This document shows, piece by piece, positions 1 through 11,009 of a DNA stretch of 64,000 nt (position 1 is its first letter; every line of letters begins with the position of its first letter). The notes under the pieces are model-generated. The model saw only the letters and a program-made list of their open reading frames with translations. It made no database searches and was not told where the DNA came from. This stretch comes from Eledone cirrhosa (Eukaryota). A program made the position numbers and the translations under genes. The stretch covers positions 355,446,001 through 355,510,000 of the forward strand of contig OZ024740.1 of NCBI GenBank assembly GCA_964016885.1, given 5' to 3'.

Positions 1-190
1 ATGCCTGCAGGCTATAATCTATTTGTTTTTAACAATCAACAAAGCTGAAATATTATAGCAATCTGAATGAAGTATTTTAAAAGCAAGCTGTCTTCAAGGT
101 TTGTAAAATTGCTATTGTTGCCCACATCCTTGGATTTTTTCCTCTTGAAAGAATTTGATTTCATACATATATATATTTTCCTGGACCTTT

Positions 191-309
191 AAACAATTTT
201 CGCAATTTGTCCACAGGATACATTTCGTATGGGTTATGCTTTAAGCAATATGAAATCAAATTCTTTAACCCATACAAAATGTATCCTGTGGACAAATTGC
301 GAAAATTGT

Positions 310-311
<2 letters not shown>
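191..311. repeat. Short fold-back / MITE-like hairpin with ~46-bp inverted arms
   Basis: aaacaattttcgcaatttgtccacaggatacatttcgtatgggtta (191-236) is the near-perfect reverse complement of taacccatacaaaatgtatcctgtggacaaattgcgaaaattgttt (266-311). Confidence 0.75.
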
Positions 312-584
<273 letters not shown>

Positions 585-927
585 TAGAAGTTCTATTTAA
601 ATTGTTGGGATACAACAAGCAAATATTTTTATAACTGATATAAAGCACTCAACAAATTATTGGAGTAAAAATACGATATATTAACAAATGGAAACTATAT
701 TTATAAAACCATATTTATTTCATTATACATATTTCAAGAACACCAAGTTAAATTATGGTGTGCTTTCATCAGATAAAATATAATATAGATCAGTTTTATA
801 AATAAATATTGACTTACCCTTAAAGAATGCGACCATTTCTGTTGGAAGCTCCCGGATAATGGGGTTATAAATTTATTTATTCTATTATGCAAATTAGTGT
901 CGGATATGTTTAAATCACAGTAGATTT
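585..927 (-). repeat. PLE 3' pseudo-LTR (direct repeat of 4751-5094)
   Basis: Near-identical sequence starting tagaagttctatttaaattgttggg at 585 and at 4751. Confidence 0.9.
711..786 (-). ncRNA. Type I hammerhead ribozyme (pLTR copy 1)
   Basis: Minus strand reads ATATTATATTTTAT-CTGATGA-AAGCACACCA(loop)TGGTGTTCTT-GAAA-TATGTA-TA-ATGAAATAAATAT: both conserved core boxes, stem II, short self-complementary stem III, and stem I pairing 8+5 bp. Confidence 0.85.
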
Positions 928-1900
928 AAAATAAGCCGTTGGGGTATGGAGAAAGGGAAAGAAAAGAAAGAGAAAAAAAGAGAAAAAAGAGCAAACTTTA
1001 AGAGGAAAATAAGAAAACAAGAGAAAGAGAAAGAGAAAGAGAAAGCTCTAAGTGATAGGTTGTTGTATTAGCGTAACTTTTAAGATGAAGTGAAAAAATA
1101 AATATTTATTGGATGAGTAAATAAGCGTGAATAGAAAATAAATAAATAATAATAACTGGAGATTTTTACCAGTGTTTAAATATGATTAAATGTTTAGTTT
1201 ATCAATTAAATTATCAATTAAATTATTGAGATCTATACATTAAAATTGAGATCTATATATTATTAAAACTATATATTATTAAAAGAATATATTCATATAT
1301 ATACATACGCACACATACCTATATATACATATAAATATATATATATATATATACACATACATACATACAATAAAGGACTTTTTATGTTTAAGATATAGGA
1401 ATTTTTCTAAACTTATAGATTTTTCGGAGAAAACGGAGAAAAAACTGGAGAAAATCATTTCTAAACAGTGTGAAGGAAATTAGGTTATTTACTTATATTA
1501 AATGTTATAAATGTTAAGATAATAAGGTAAATTTAAAATTATACAAACCTTATATTATTATACAAACCTTATATTATTTAATAGATTTTATAAATTTTAT
1601 ATCTAATAAATCCACCTGTTATGTAGTTGTGACTGTTATTATATAAGTTTGTTTATCATAAACCGTAAGAAATCCCTTATAACCGAGTGCATTCGAATTG
1701 TATGCATATATACATATACACAACCCCCACATACCGGTAGACATGCATCATATATATATATATATATATATAGATTACATGAAACAAAGTTCTGTTTAAA
1801 TCATTTATCAGCTTACAATTGTTTCTTCCAATTTAGGGTATAATATATATATAACTATAAAAAGTTTTAGTATATACATAACCATAAATAGTATCCTTAA

Positions 1901-2012
<112 letters not shown>

Positions 2013-2528
2013 AAATATAAAGTACATAGTATAATTAAAGTACATAATATATAAAATAAATAAAAATGAATTATAGTTTTAAAAGGAATTACGATTTGGA
2101 AATATATTCTTACAATTATAAGCAATATAACTTTAAAGCAATATCATTTTTAAAAAATATATATATATATATTTTTAAATATTTTAAGATATAATTTTAA
2201 AATAAGAATATGTCTAAAAAATTCAGTATAAAAATTTAAATTTTTTTATATATATAATATTTAACTCTCAGTTTATTTAACTTAATGTTTATAACCATAT
2301 GGGAAATTTTCAAAGAAAAAGAAAGAGAAACTTTCAAAAGAGAAACTTTCAAAAATAGGAGAAACTTTCAAAGAAAATATTTTCCCCTTTTAAGAGCTTT
2401 CAGTATGTTTATCTAGAAAAGTTTTCTAGGAAAATTTTTTTTTTATATTTGAGAGTTTTAAGCAGTCAAATGAAGGAATCTAATGATTTATCGATAGGTT
2501 CAATATATTTAATAGAGTTAATTATATA

Positions 2529-4700
2529 TTACATTTTAAATTTATATTTAAACGTTGAATTCAATCTATGTCTGCAGCAACTGAAAAGATTGCTCCGGGA
2601 ATTGTTCAGGGAATTTTTGCTTTTTAATATAAAGAATATTTCCTCTATACAAAGATCACAATTTTCTGAAGAGGAGTTAAAAGGAGTAGCTTTTGAAATA
2701 ATATTTCAAAGTAACGAATATTTAACGTTCTTTAATTTAAGGTCCCATAATAAGCTAGATAGAGAAGTTGAAGATTTTTTGTTTAAATGCGTAAAAGAGC
2801 TTTTATGGTTATTAAAACGAGATTTAAAATCTGTGGAAGTAGATCCTACATAATTAAATGAATTTAAATTAGTTTTTACATTACAATTATATACTATGTT
2901 TTTAGCTTAGAAATTGTTATTTAACGGACAGTTAGATTTATTTCTACAGTTACATTTATCAAATTGGATATTGCTGGGGTTATTTTGGTTAGGTTTTAAA
3001 TTTCTATTATTAATTCTATTTTTGGTGGATGAATAAGTTAATTTTATAGTATGTCTATTAAATATTGAGTAATATCTATGTGTTCTAGGGAAGCATTTGT
3101 CAAGAGCTTTAAAGAATAGTTTAGCAATAGGAGTTTTAATATTTAATGAGAAAGGAGGAGCGAACCATAATATATTCCTAGTTCTATTTCTTTTTTTGTT
3201 TTCCGAATTATTGTAAGGTTTTATATTATAGTTGTTAAAATTGTTAAGATTATGGTTAGTTGTTATATTATTATTATCAATGTATTTAATTTTATTTCTA
3301 TATTCAGCTCTACCTAACGCTTTGTTGTAATAATGTGCTTTATCATCAAATATATTCTTATTAGCTGAAATTCTAGAAATGCGTTGCTGTACAGAATTCA
3401 CTATAGTATTTTTAACGGATCTGGGGTGATTAGAGTTAAAATTAACGTAGTTTAAGTTCTCGTTTAGTTTGTGAAATGGATAATGAAGACATGTGTTAAG
3501 GTTTAAGGTTACATCTAGAAAATTAACTATTTTATGGTTATTCTCTATTTCTACTTTTAGATTAAGGTAATTAAAAAATTGTATAATTTCTTTTCTTTTC
3601 CTATTTAATTCACAGTTATTATTTTCGATAAGTAATAGCATGTCGTCACGATATAAACCTCCGGTCATCTCAGGTATTTTTCTATGTAGAGAATTATTTA
3701 TAAAAAGGCCCACAAGATCCGTTACCTGAGCGGAATCGGATGATCCCATAGTGATATCGAAATTATTATTTCTATCTGCTCTAGTCCAGAGTTGGTTGTT
3801 AAATTCTATTAATGTTTTCCGTGCCGTTAAGATAATGTACATTTCATTACTAGTTAAGTCTGTATGTTTAAATGCATATGTTAGTGCTTTGTTAAGTAGA
3901 TTAGGAGTGATGGATGAGTAATAATTAGCAATATCCAATTGAATAAACTTTTTATTATAGTTATATTTAATTTCCTTAAACCATTCGATAACTTCATTAG
4001 TTCCTTTCCATAATTTTAAATAAGATAATTCCTTAATTTGTGGTATTATTCTGCCTAAAATATTCTTGCTAAGTATGCCAAGGTCCGATTTAGATGGTGC
4101 AATTAATCTGACTGGTAATTCAGTTTCAAAGTTCCTTTTTTGGTCCTTCATATTAATTTTAGGTTTCCTTGGCATGAAGGGTTGTGTCCTATTTTCAATG
4201 CCTAATTCATGCATTATATAAGAGGCATCTGTATTCAATTTTTCAAGGTCGTCATTAGTTGTTATTTTGTATTTCTTCCTTAATTCCTTTAATATAAGAT
4301 CGTTATAGATATCATTTTGTATTCCGTAAAGATTATTGGTTTTGTCTGACTTGACTAGAATTTTTTCCGTTTTCTCCAAGTTTTCAATATTATTTTTGAT
4401 ATTTCTTAGGTAATCCTGGCCTATGAAGTTGTTTTTGAATTTGATGCTTTGGATGATAGATATGATATAATTTTCAAAATCCATTAGTAGTTTGTTGGGG
4501 GGGGGGGGGGGGGGTTTAGATCTGAAGATTTTATCAAGATTGGAAACATTCTCATTTACATCAGATTTATCGAAGTGAAAAGCACGCCACCTGATTCTTC
4601 TTATAAAAGAGTCTGATTTTTCTATTAATTGTTTAATAAAGTCTTTATTCCTAGGTATAGGTATGTCCTTTAGAGAAGAAGAGATCTTAAAGAATTCCAT
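2529..4700 (-). pseudogene. PLE reverse transcriptase plus C-terminal GIY-YIG endonuclease ORF with two in-frame stops
   Basis: Likely start MEFFKISSSLKDIPIP (ATG at 4700). RT motifs FIQLDIANYYSSI, FDITMGSSDSAQVTDLVG, GLYRDDML; linker CNCRNKSNCP. Reading through TAA (2907-2909) in the same frame gives KNIVYNCNV...NYVGSTSTDFKSRFNNHKSSF...LLWDLK...SLL*(TGA 2706-2708)NIISKATPF...CDLCIEE...LNNSRSNLFSCCRH, ending at TAA 2529-2531. Confidence 0.9.
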
Positions 4701-4750
4701 TTTTTCAGTTATAATATAAAGCGCTCGACAATAAAGGAGCAGAATATATA

Positions 4751-5094
4751 TAGAAGTTCTATTTAAATTGTTGGGGTACAACAAGCAAATATTTTTATAA
4801 CTGATATAAAGCACTCAACAAATTATTGGAGTAAAAATACGATATATTAACAAATGGAAACTATATTTATAAAACCATATTTATTTCATTATACATATTT
4901 CAAGAACACCAAGTTAAATTATGGTGTGCTTTCATCAGATAAAATATAATATAGATCAGTTTTATAAATAAATATTGACATACCCTTAAAGAATGCGACC
5001 ATTTCTGTTGGAAGCTCCCGGATAGTGGGGTTATTAAATTTATTTATTCTATTATGCAAATTAGTGTCGGATATGTTTAAATCACAGTAGATTT
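4751..5094 (-). repeat. PLE 5' pseudo-LTR
   Basis: Direct repeat of 585-927; lies just upstream of the RT start codon on the minus strand. Confidence 0.9.
4877..4952 (-). ncRNA. Type I hammerhead ribozyme (pLTR copy 2)
   Basis: Same motif as 711-786. Confidence 0.85.
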
Positions 5095-5160
5095 TAAAAA
5101 TGTTTTTCTTCTCTTTCTCTTTTTCTTGTTTTCTTATTTTCTTATTTTTTTATTTTCTTA

Positions 5161-5516
5161 TTTTCTTGTTTTCTTATTTTCCTCTTAAAGTTTGCTCTTT
5201 TTTCTCTTTTTTTCTCTTTCTTTTCTTTCCCTTTCTCCATACCCCAACGGCTTATTTTAAATCTACTGTGATTTAAACATATCCGACACTAATTTGCATA
5301 ATAGAATAAATAAATTTAATAACCCCACTATCCGGGAGCTTCCAACAGAAATGGTCGCATTCTTTAAGGGTAAGTCAATATTTATTTATAAAACTGATCT
5401 ATATTATATTTTATCTGATGAAAGCACACCATAATTTAACTTGGTGTCCTTGAAATATGTATAATGAAATAAATATGGTTTTATAAATATAGTTTCCATT
5501 TGTTAATATATCGTAT
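5161..5516 (+). repeat. Inverted partial pseudo-LTR at the PLE 5' end
   Basis: Reverse complement of ~671-1023; 5259-5516 pairs with 4837-5094 (258-bp arms). Confidence 0.9.
5401..5476 (+). ncRNA. Type I hammerhead ribozyme (inverted pLTR copy)
   Basis: atattatattttat ctgatga aagcacacca...tggtgtcctt gaaa tatgtata atgaaataaatat; one T>C change in stem II. Confidence 0.8.
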
Positions 5517-5580
5517 ATATATATATATATATATATTTTGTTTTGCGAGGTTTTTGATATGAAATCGTGTGTCGAAACAA

Positions 5581-5846
5581 ATATTGTTATACTTGGGAAG
5601 GGTCATATTTTGTAATAATATTGCCAGAATTAATAACAGAACACACTCACTGTTTGGTTGGTTTTCGCTTCTGTATTTTTTACATCAGTTAATTTATTTG
5701 GTCAGTCAATGGTAAACATTGAGGACTGAATAAATTAACTGATATAAAAGATACGGAAGCGAAAACCAACCAAACAGTGAGTTTGTTCTGTTATTAATTC
5801 TGGCAATATTATTACAACAATATGACCCTCCATAAGTATAACAATA
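5581..5846. mobile_element. Palindromic MITE / fold-back element (~265 bp)
   Basis: atattgttatacttgggaagggtcatatt...ttggttttcgcttc mirrored by gaagcgaaaaccaa...aatatgaccctccataagtataacaatat; a related half copy lies at 21660-21810. Confidence 0.8.
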
Positions 5847-6330
5847 TATATAAATAATATTTGATAATTAATAATGATAAAGGCTTGTAGATAACTTTCC
5901 TATAGTCTGAGGTTCATATTTATTTATATTATTTGGTGATGCTTTTTATTCTAGAAAGTTGAGGGCTTAATCAATCCATCTAGGGATATATACATTTATA
6001 TTAGTTATATTTACATATATATGAATATACATACATATATATATATGTGTGTGTGTGTGTGCATGTATATATATATATATATTAGTTGTTTTTCATTTGG
6101 TAATCCTATAAATGAATCTAGAAAGTTTGTGTTTGATAGTGGTTTCCATATTAATGGGTAAGAAATAAATATTTTCTTTATTAGAAGTGACAGAGAGAGG
6201 ATGCAGCACATTTGTAGGTTAATGGATACAATGTGATATGGATTATGTTTGTATAAAAGCTTTCATATTTATCACATACTCTGGGACATGCAGTTAATCA
6301 AGCATTCAAATATTTATGCCATTCCACTAC

Positions 6331-6583
6331 CCCAAAGATAATAATAATTGTTTCTACTTTAGGCACGAGGCCAGCAATTACCCAGTGTATTACTGGTACT
6401 TTATTTTATCGACCCCATAAGGATGAAAGGCAAAGTTAACCTCGGCAGGATTTGAACCCAAAGATAATAATAATTGTTTCTACTTTTTGCACAAGGCCAG
6501 CAATTACCCAGTGCATTACTGGTACTTTATTTTATCGACCCCAGAAGGATGAAAGGCAAAGTTAACCCAAAGATAATAATAAT
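6331..6583 (-). mobile_element. Two tandem 5'-truncated tRNA-derived SINEs (Nin/Deu-like core) separated and flanked by an 18-bp repeat
   Basis: Core ttttatcgacccc..aaggatgaaaggcaaagttaacc occurs twice; cccaaagataataataat at 6331, 6457 and 6566. Confidence 0.8.
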
Positions 6584-6767
6584 GATTCCACATCATATAA
6601 AATTCATATAAAATTTCATATAAAATTTCACAAAAATCTTAGGAGTTATACAAGAGATATCTTAGTCACACAAATCCACACATGTTCAATAAGGAATATA
6701 GCCACAGCTTCAATGATATGTTCTCTATTCATATAAAAGTAACCAATGCAATTTGTAAATTCCATAC

Positions 6768-6851
6768 CTTATTGGTAGCTGCAAATAACAACAACATAGG
6801 TAAAGCATAAAAATACTGATACACTACTGATACATATGAAAATGTTTTCAT
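6768..6851 (-). CDS. Candidate first coding exon of an unidentified host gene, signal-peptide-like (whole exon 6768-6952)
   Basis: Acceptor TGTTTCAG|AT at 6953/6952 and donor AAG|GTATGG at 6768/6767; ATG at 6851 is open to the donor in phase 0: MKTFSYVSVVYQYFYALPMLLLFAATNK; context has no recognisable repeat. Confidence 0.4.
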
Positions 6852-7920
6852 GCTTTTAACTCCATCTTTTCTGGGGATTGTGTAAAAGGATTAAAGAAAT
6901 GAACTTTTATTCAATCAACGATACAATAATCTTGGCATGAGGAAGTAATGATCTGAAACAATATTAAATTCACTTAAATGGCATTTAAACTAATTTTAAA
7001 ATGTTGAGCTGAACTCAGTTCTAAATTTATTGATTCCAAAATAACTTCTGCTAATGATGGAAGGAAAAGTAGGAAATACTGTAGGAAACATTGTACCCCA
7101 ATATATAATAATTCTTAGACTAAACACCTTGTCTGAATACTTAAAACAGAATAGACTCCACTAAAGGTATCAGTGACCAGGTAGTGGTGTAAAACCAAGC
7201 AATGGATTAGGTCTACTACAAAAGAATCCATGTCTAATGGACTTCAATACAATTTCTCTCTGCTCAATTTTGTTCCCATTGACATGAAGCTATAGTAGAA
7301 CACACTTACTCAAAGTGGAATGAAACATGGAACTATGTGATTAAAAATTAGTTTCCATAACTACACAGTCATGCCAGTGCCAAAAAGGAGACTAAATAAA
7401 TCAAAACATTGTATTTTACAAACAACTAAGACTATTCAACTAAAACATTTTAAAGTTCTATCAGCTTTTTCAAAGACAGTAGAATTGTGTGGCTAATGAT
7501 TTGTCTCAAGTAGGGAAAGCTCTGGAGATCATCTCTATTTCTGTATTTTTCCTCTGTTACTATTATACAACAATATTTATTAATACCACACACATTACTG
7601 AAGTCATATATTTACTTTAGATCCAAATCTGCTTTCTTTAATTCATCAAGCATTAAAAGTTTAGATGCCCTGTTGTTCAATATGTCACTCAATCCAGACA
7701 ACATAAATAATTAGACAAACTAATAGCCAATAGCTCTATAAACTATTTCCTCTTACTCCATCCTTCAAAAATCTATGTGATTAGTTACTTACTGACAGTG
7801 ATAAGTTCAAAGGGCTAGAGACTGTTGTAATGAGTTCACCTAGTTTGCTTTCACATTGAACCTACCAACATGCAATATCAAACTAGACCAGCGATATACA
7901 CCACCAATCCTCATCCTTGA

Positions 7921-8231
7921 CCAGGCTGAATTTAATGGGGCGGGTAAAAAGAGCAATTTCCGCAGGCCCCCTGCAGTAGGGGGCACCACCAGCGATGGCT
8001 GTAGCAATTTATTTGTGCCCTCAGCTGGGCTATTTTAGTTTTAGGATGGTTAGAATTTTTGAATTTAATACCTGTGTGTATAACTTTTCAATTCCAATTA
8101 CTTGCGTCAAGTTAACTTTGATATGTAAAATCGGGGGTGGGTGGGTGCTGTGTATTCTAATTTGTTATGTATGTGGGGCCCACCCTAAACCTGCAGTACT
8201 CTGGGCCCTCCCAAGATCTAAATCCAACCCT
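7921..8231. mobile_element. Degenerate non-autonomous DNA transposon with CAGGGCCGGATTTA-like TIRs
   Basis: ccaggctgaatttaa at left and taaatccaaccct at right; GC-rich subterminal gggccc motifs. Confidence 0.45.
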
Positions 8232-8333
8232 ATCATTGACCCCTCGTCTGCCATACCCATGTGCCAAAATAAATACATAAATAAATAAATAAATCAAGAA
8301 ACAAAATATAAAATATACAAAAACAAAGACTAA

Positions 8334-9322
8334 TCTATATATATAAAACTGTGGTTGTCTGTCTGTCTATCGATGTTTGGCACACATCTCCTCTTAGAAT
8401 CTCTGACGGAATTGCACCGAAATTGCTAGACTTGTACATTGAGCCCTAGCGAAGACATCGGAAAAAAAATATTTCAAATTGACCCGCCCTATCTGACGAA
8501 ATCGAATATAATGTATCGATTTTTGAGCGTAAGTTATCAGTTATTTCCCTTTGTTCTGTTTACATTGAGCGTCTTACGTAAAAAATTACGCTGGCTTTCT
8601 CAGCGTTTAAAATGACATTAACACAATACACGAAAAGACAGTTGTCGAGCCAGCAAAATATTGACCTGCAAAATTCATCAGTTCGAACACTAAGCTTCCG
8701 TTTTGCTTCATTTCCATTTAAAAGCATTTTAAAACAATATTTTTACTTGAAAACAAGTCTATTTAAAGACTACGTAAAACAAGCAAATATTTCGTCGTTA
8801 GGCGTGCAGACAGACAGTCGTGCAGACAGACAGTCGTGCAGAGAGGTGATATAGGCGTGCAGACAGATAGTCGTGCAGAGAGGTGATATAGGCGTGCAGA
8901 CAGACAGTCGTGCAGAGAGGTGATATAGGCGTGCAGACAGGCAGTCGTGCAGAGAGGTGATATAGGCGTGCAGACAGACAGTCGTGCAGAGAGGTGATAT
9001 AGGCGTGCAGACAGACATAACTGATAATTTGGTTACGCTAATGTTTTTCTCTGCGTTGCAGTGTTTACATTTTCGATCTTTGTTAATAAATAACCAGTGC
9101 AGTTTCTATCCCCAGCATCCTCTTTTGTTATAACATTCAGGTTATCGTTATGTTTTCTTAACTTCATAAGGTATATTGTTGGTTGAGGGAATATTAATCA
9201 AAAACACCACATGCAAGTCTGCACAGTAGACACTACAGTTTTTAAGCCAAGAAAGAAACTTAACATTGTAACTTTAACACAGCTACTGAGCGACCCCGAG
9301 CAACGCCAGGCTTTACTGCTAG
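8334..9322 (+). mobile_element. Non-autonomous Helitron
   Basis: A|TCTATATATATAAAAC 5' end; 3' hairpin-like ccccgagcaacgccagg followed by CTAG|T; no TSD. Confidence 0.85.
8800..9017. repeat. 37-bp minisatellite inside the Helitron
   Basis: aggcgtgcagacagacagtcgtgcagagaggtgatat starts at 8853, 8890, 8927, 8964 and (partial) 9001; the first unit at 8800 has an extra 16-bp subunit. Confidence 0.95.
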
Positions 9323-9924
9323 TTATATATAAATCAGAAACGTGTATAAAATAATTGTATTTTATTATAATAGTTTATATATTTTCATTTCTTATAGAAA
9401 TATTAGCCTTTGGTTCAAAGGGTCAATTGAGTTCCTGGAGGTTGATATCAGTCACTTTGGGAGTGAAACAAAAATAATATTCTTGGTCTGCCACCCAGCA
9501 TCCTATAAGATGAATGACTGCATGCAAGAGTGGACAGTGTAGTAATCCTCAATGCTGGTGTCTCTGGAACAGAGGATGGATAGATTGCACTTTACATATG
9601 AATGAATACCTCTGTATTTTAGATCTGCTTAATTAGTACAAAATCTCAATAACAGCAGCATGTAACTACATGGAAACATTTGTATTGTAGAGAAATAGAG
9701 CAAAAGAGATAGAAGAGGGTGGAAAATGAAGCACTCATTTTAAATTAGAACAAGTACATGGAAATATATATATTATTATAAAAAGGTCTCTTAACTCCTG
9801 ATGCAGTCATAGTGGAACCATCCTGACACTGCATGTCATGAGTATTTTAAACCTGATAGAGCCTATTCTGGTCCAGGTTGAAACACAAATGAGTTCTTCC
9901 AGCGAAAGAAACAATCCTAACATT

Positions 9925-10010
9925 GGACTAGTATTTTATTTGTCAACCTTGAAAGGATAAAAGACAAAGTTAGCCTTTGTCAGGATTGAACTCAAAACAA
10001 ATACAGAGGT
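9925..10010 (-). mobile_element. Degenerate SINE fragment
   Basis: gtcaaccttgaaaggataaaagacaaagttagcc...gattgaactc resembles the SINE core and B-box. Confidence 0.6.
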
Positions 10011-10059
10011 ATTTTAATCCAAAATGGTTCTGTTAATTCACTACCTTATTATACTCAAT

Positions 10060-10706
10060 GACGGTAGCCACGGAGTAGGCAGACCCAGAAAAACATGGGA
10101 CGAGCTGATAAATTCCGACCTCACACGCTTACACCTCTCCAAGACAATGTCACTGGACCGAGACCTTTGGCGGTACTCAGTAATAGAGAAGACCCGCCTT
10201 ACCTAAATACAAAGTAAAAACCTACTACCGTCAGTAGGCACCTCTATCAAAACACACCCCCGTCCCACCACCTCCACACCGCCCCTTTCAATGTAAAGTT
10301 ATGTTGGTCCCACAACATCCAGGCCGAAACAAATGAGATCGTGTAGGTGTCACGACAAAAAACACACAGTCCACGCTGTAAATGTGGCCGTGTAGGCAAC
10401 ACGGTAAAAACCTCCCAGCCCCACACTGTAAATGTGGTTGGTGTTAGGAAGGGCATCCAGCTGTAGAAAACCCGCCAGACAGTCCACGCTGTAATGTGGC
10501 CGTGTAGGCAACACGGTAAAAACCTCCCAGCCCCACACTGTAAATGTGGTTGGTGTTAGGAAGGGCATCCAACTGTAGAAAACCCGCCAGACAGTCCTAT
10601 GCGAGCAAGACAACCACTCTTGCCTCAAGTGGGAAAACCCCCGTCCAAACCCATGCAAGCGTGGAACACGGACGCTAAACCTGATGATGATGATGATGAT
10701 GATGAT
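10060..10706 (+). mobile_element. RTE LINE 3' end (family A) with 3' UTR and (TGA)n tail
   Basis: GSHGVGRPRKTWDELINSDL...EKTRLT* nearly identical to the C-terminus of ORF 20418-21560; ~113-bp internal tandem duplication at 10367-10591; (tga)n tail. Confidence 0.9.
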
Positions 10707-11009
10707 TGAATCCTCTATTGATAATAACCAGATTTGTAATGAAATTGATCAGTAATCTTGATCTAGTAAAAATTTGAAAATCAAATTGCTAAATTCTATC
10801 CATAAAACTCCCAAATTCTATACCAATGACTATAAAACTACCTCCTCAATACTAATATCAATAAAACTGCCATATTCTATATTACTGTATATACTTGTAT
10901 ATAAGAAATATGTGACAAAAAACTCAATGGTAAAATGAAAGGTTGACTTATATTCAAGGCCAATATTTTGCTAATTTTCACCAACTTCAAAATTCTACGT
11001 AAATGGTAA

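Noticed and set aside
2706-2708. In-frame TGA in the PLE as selenocysteine (some Naiad elements are reported to encode selenoproteins)
   Set aside because: The TGA sits where Trp is expected rather than at a Cys position, an upstream TAA already ends the frame, and I could not identify a SECIS element by eye
2449-2853. 134-aa plus-strand ORF, and similar plus-strand ORFs over the RTE, CRE and R4 elements
   Set aside because: Antisense shadows of transposon coding sequence
6849-6861. 13-nt match (AGTTAAAAGCATG on the minus strand) between the candidate exon start and the satellite monomer
   Set aside because: Short and AT-rich; plausible by chance given 51 possible registers and ~35 kb of non-array sequence
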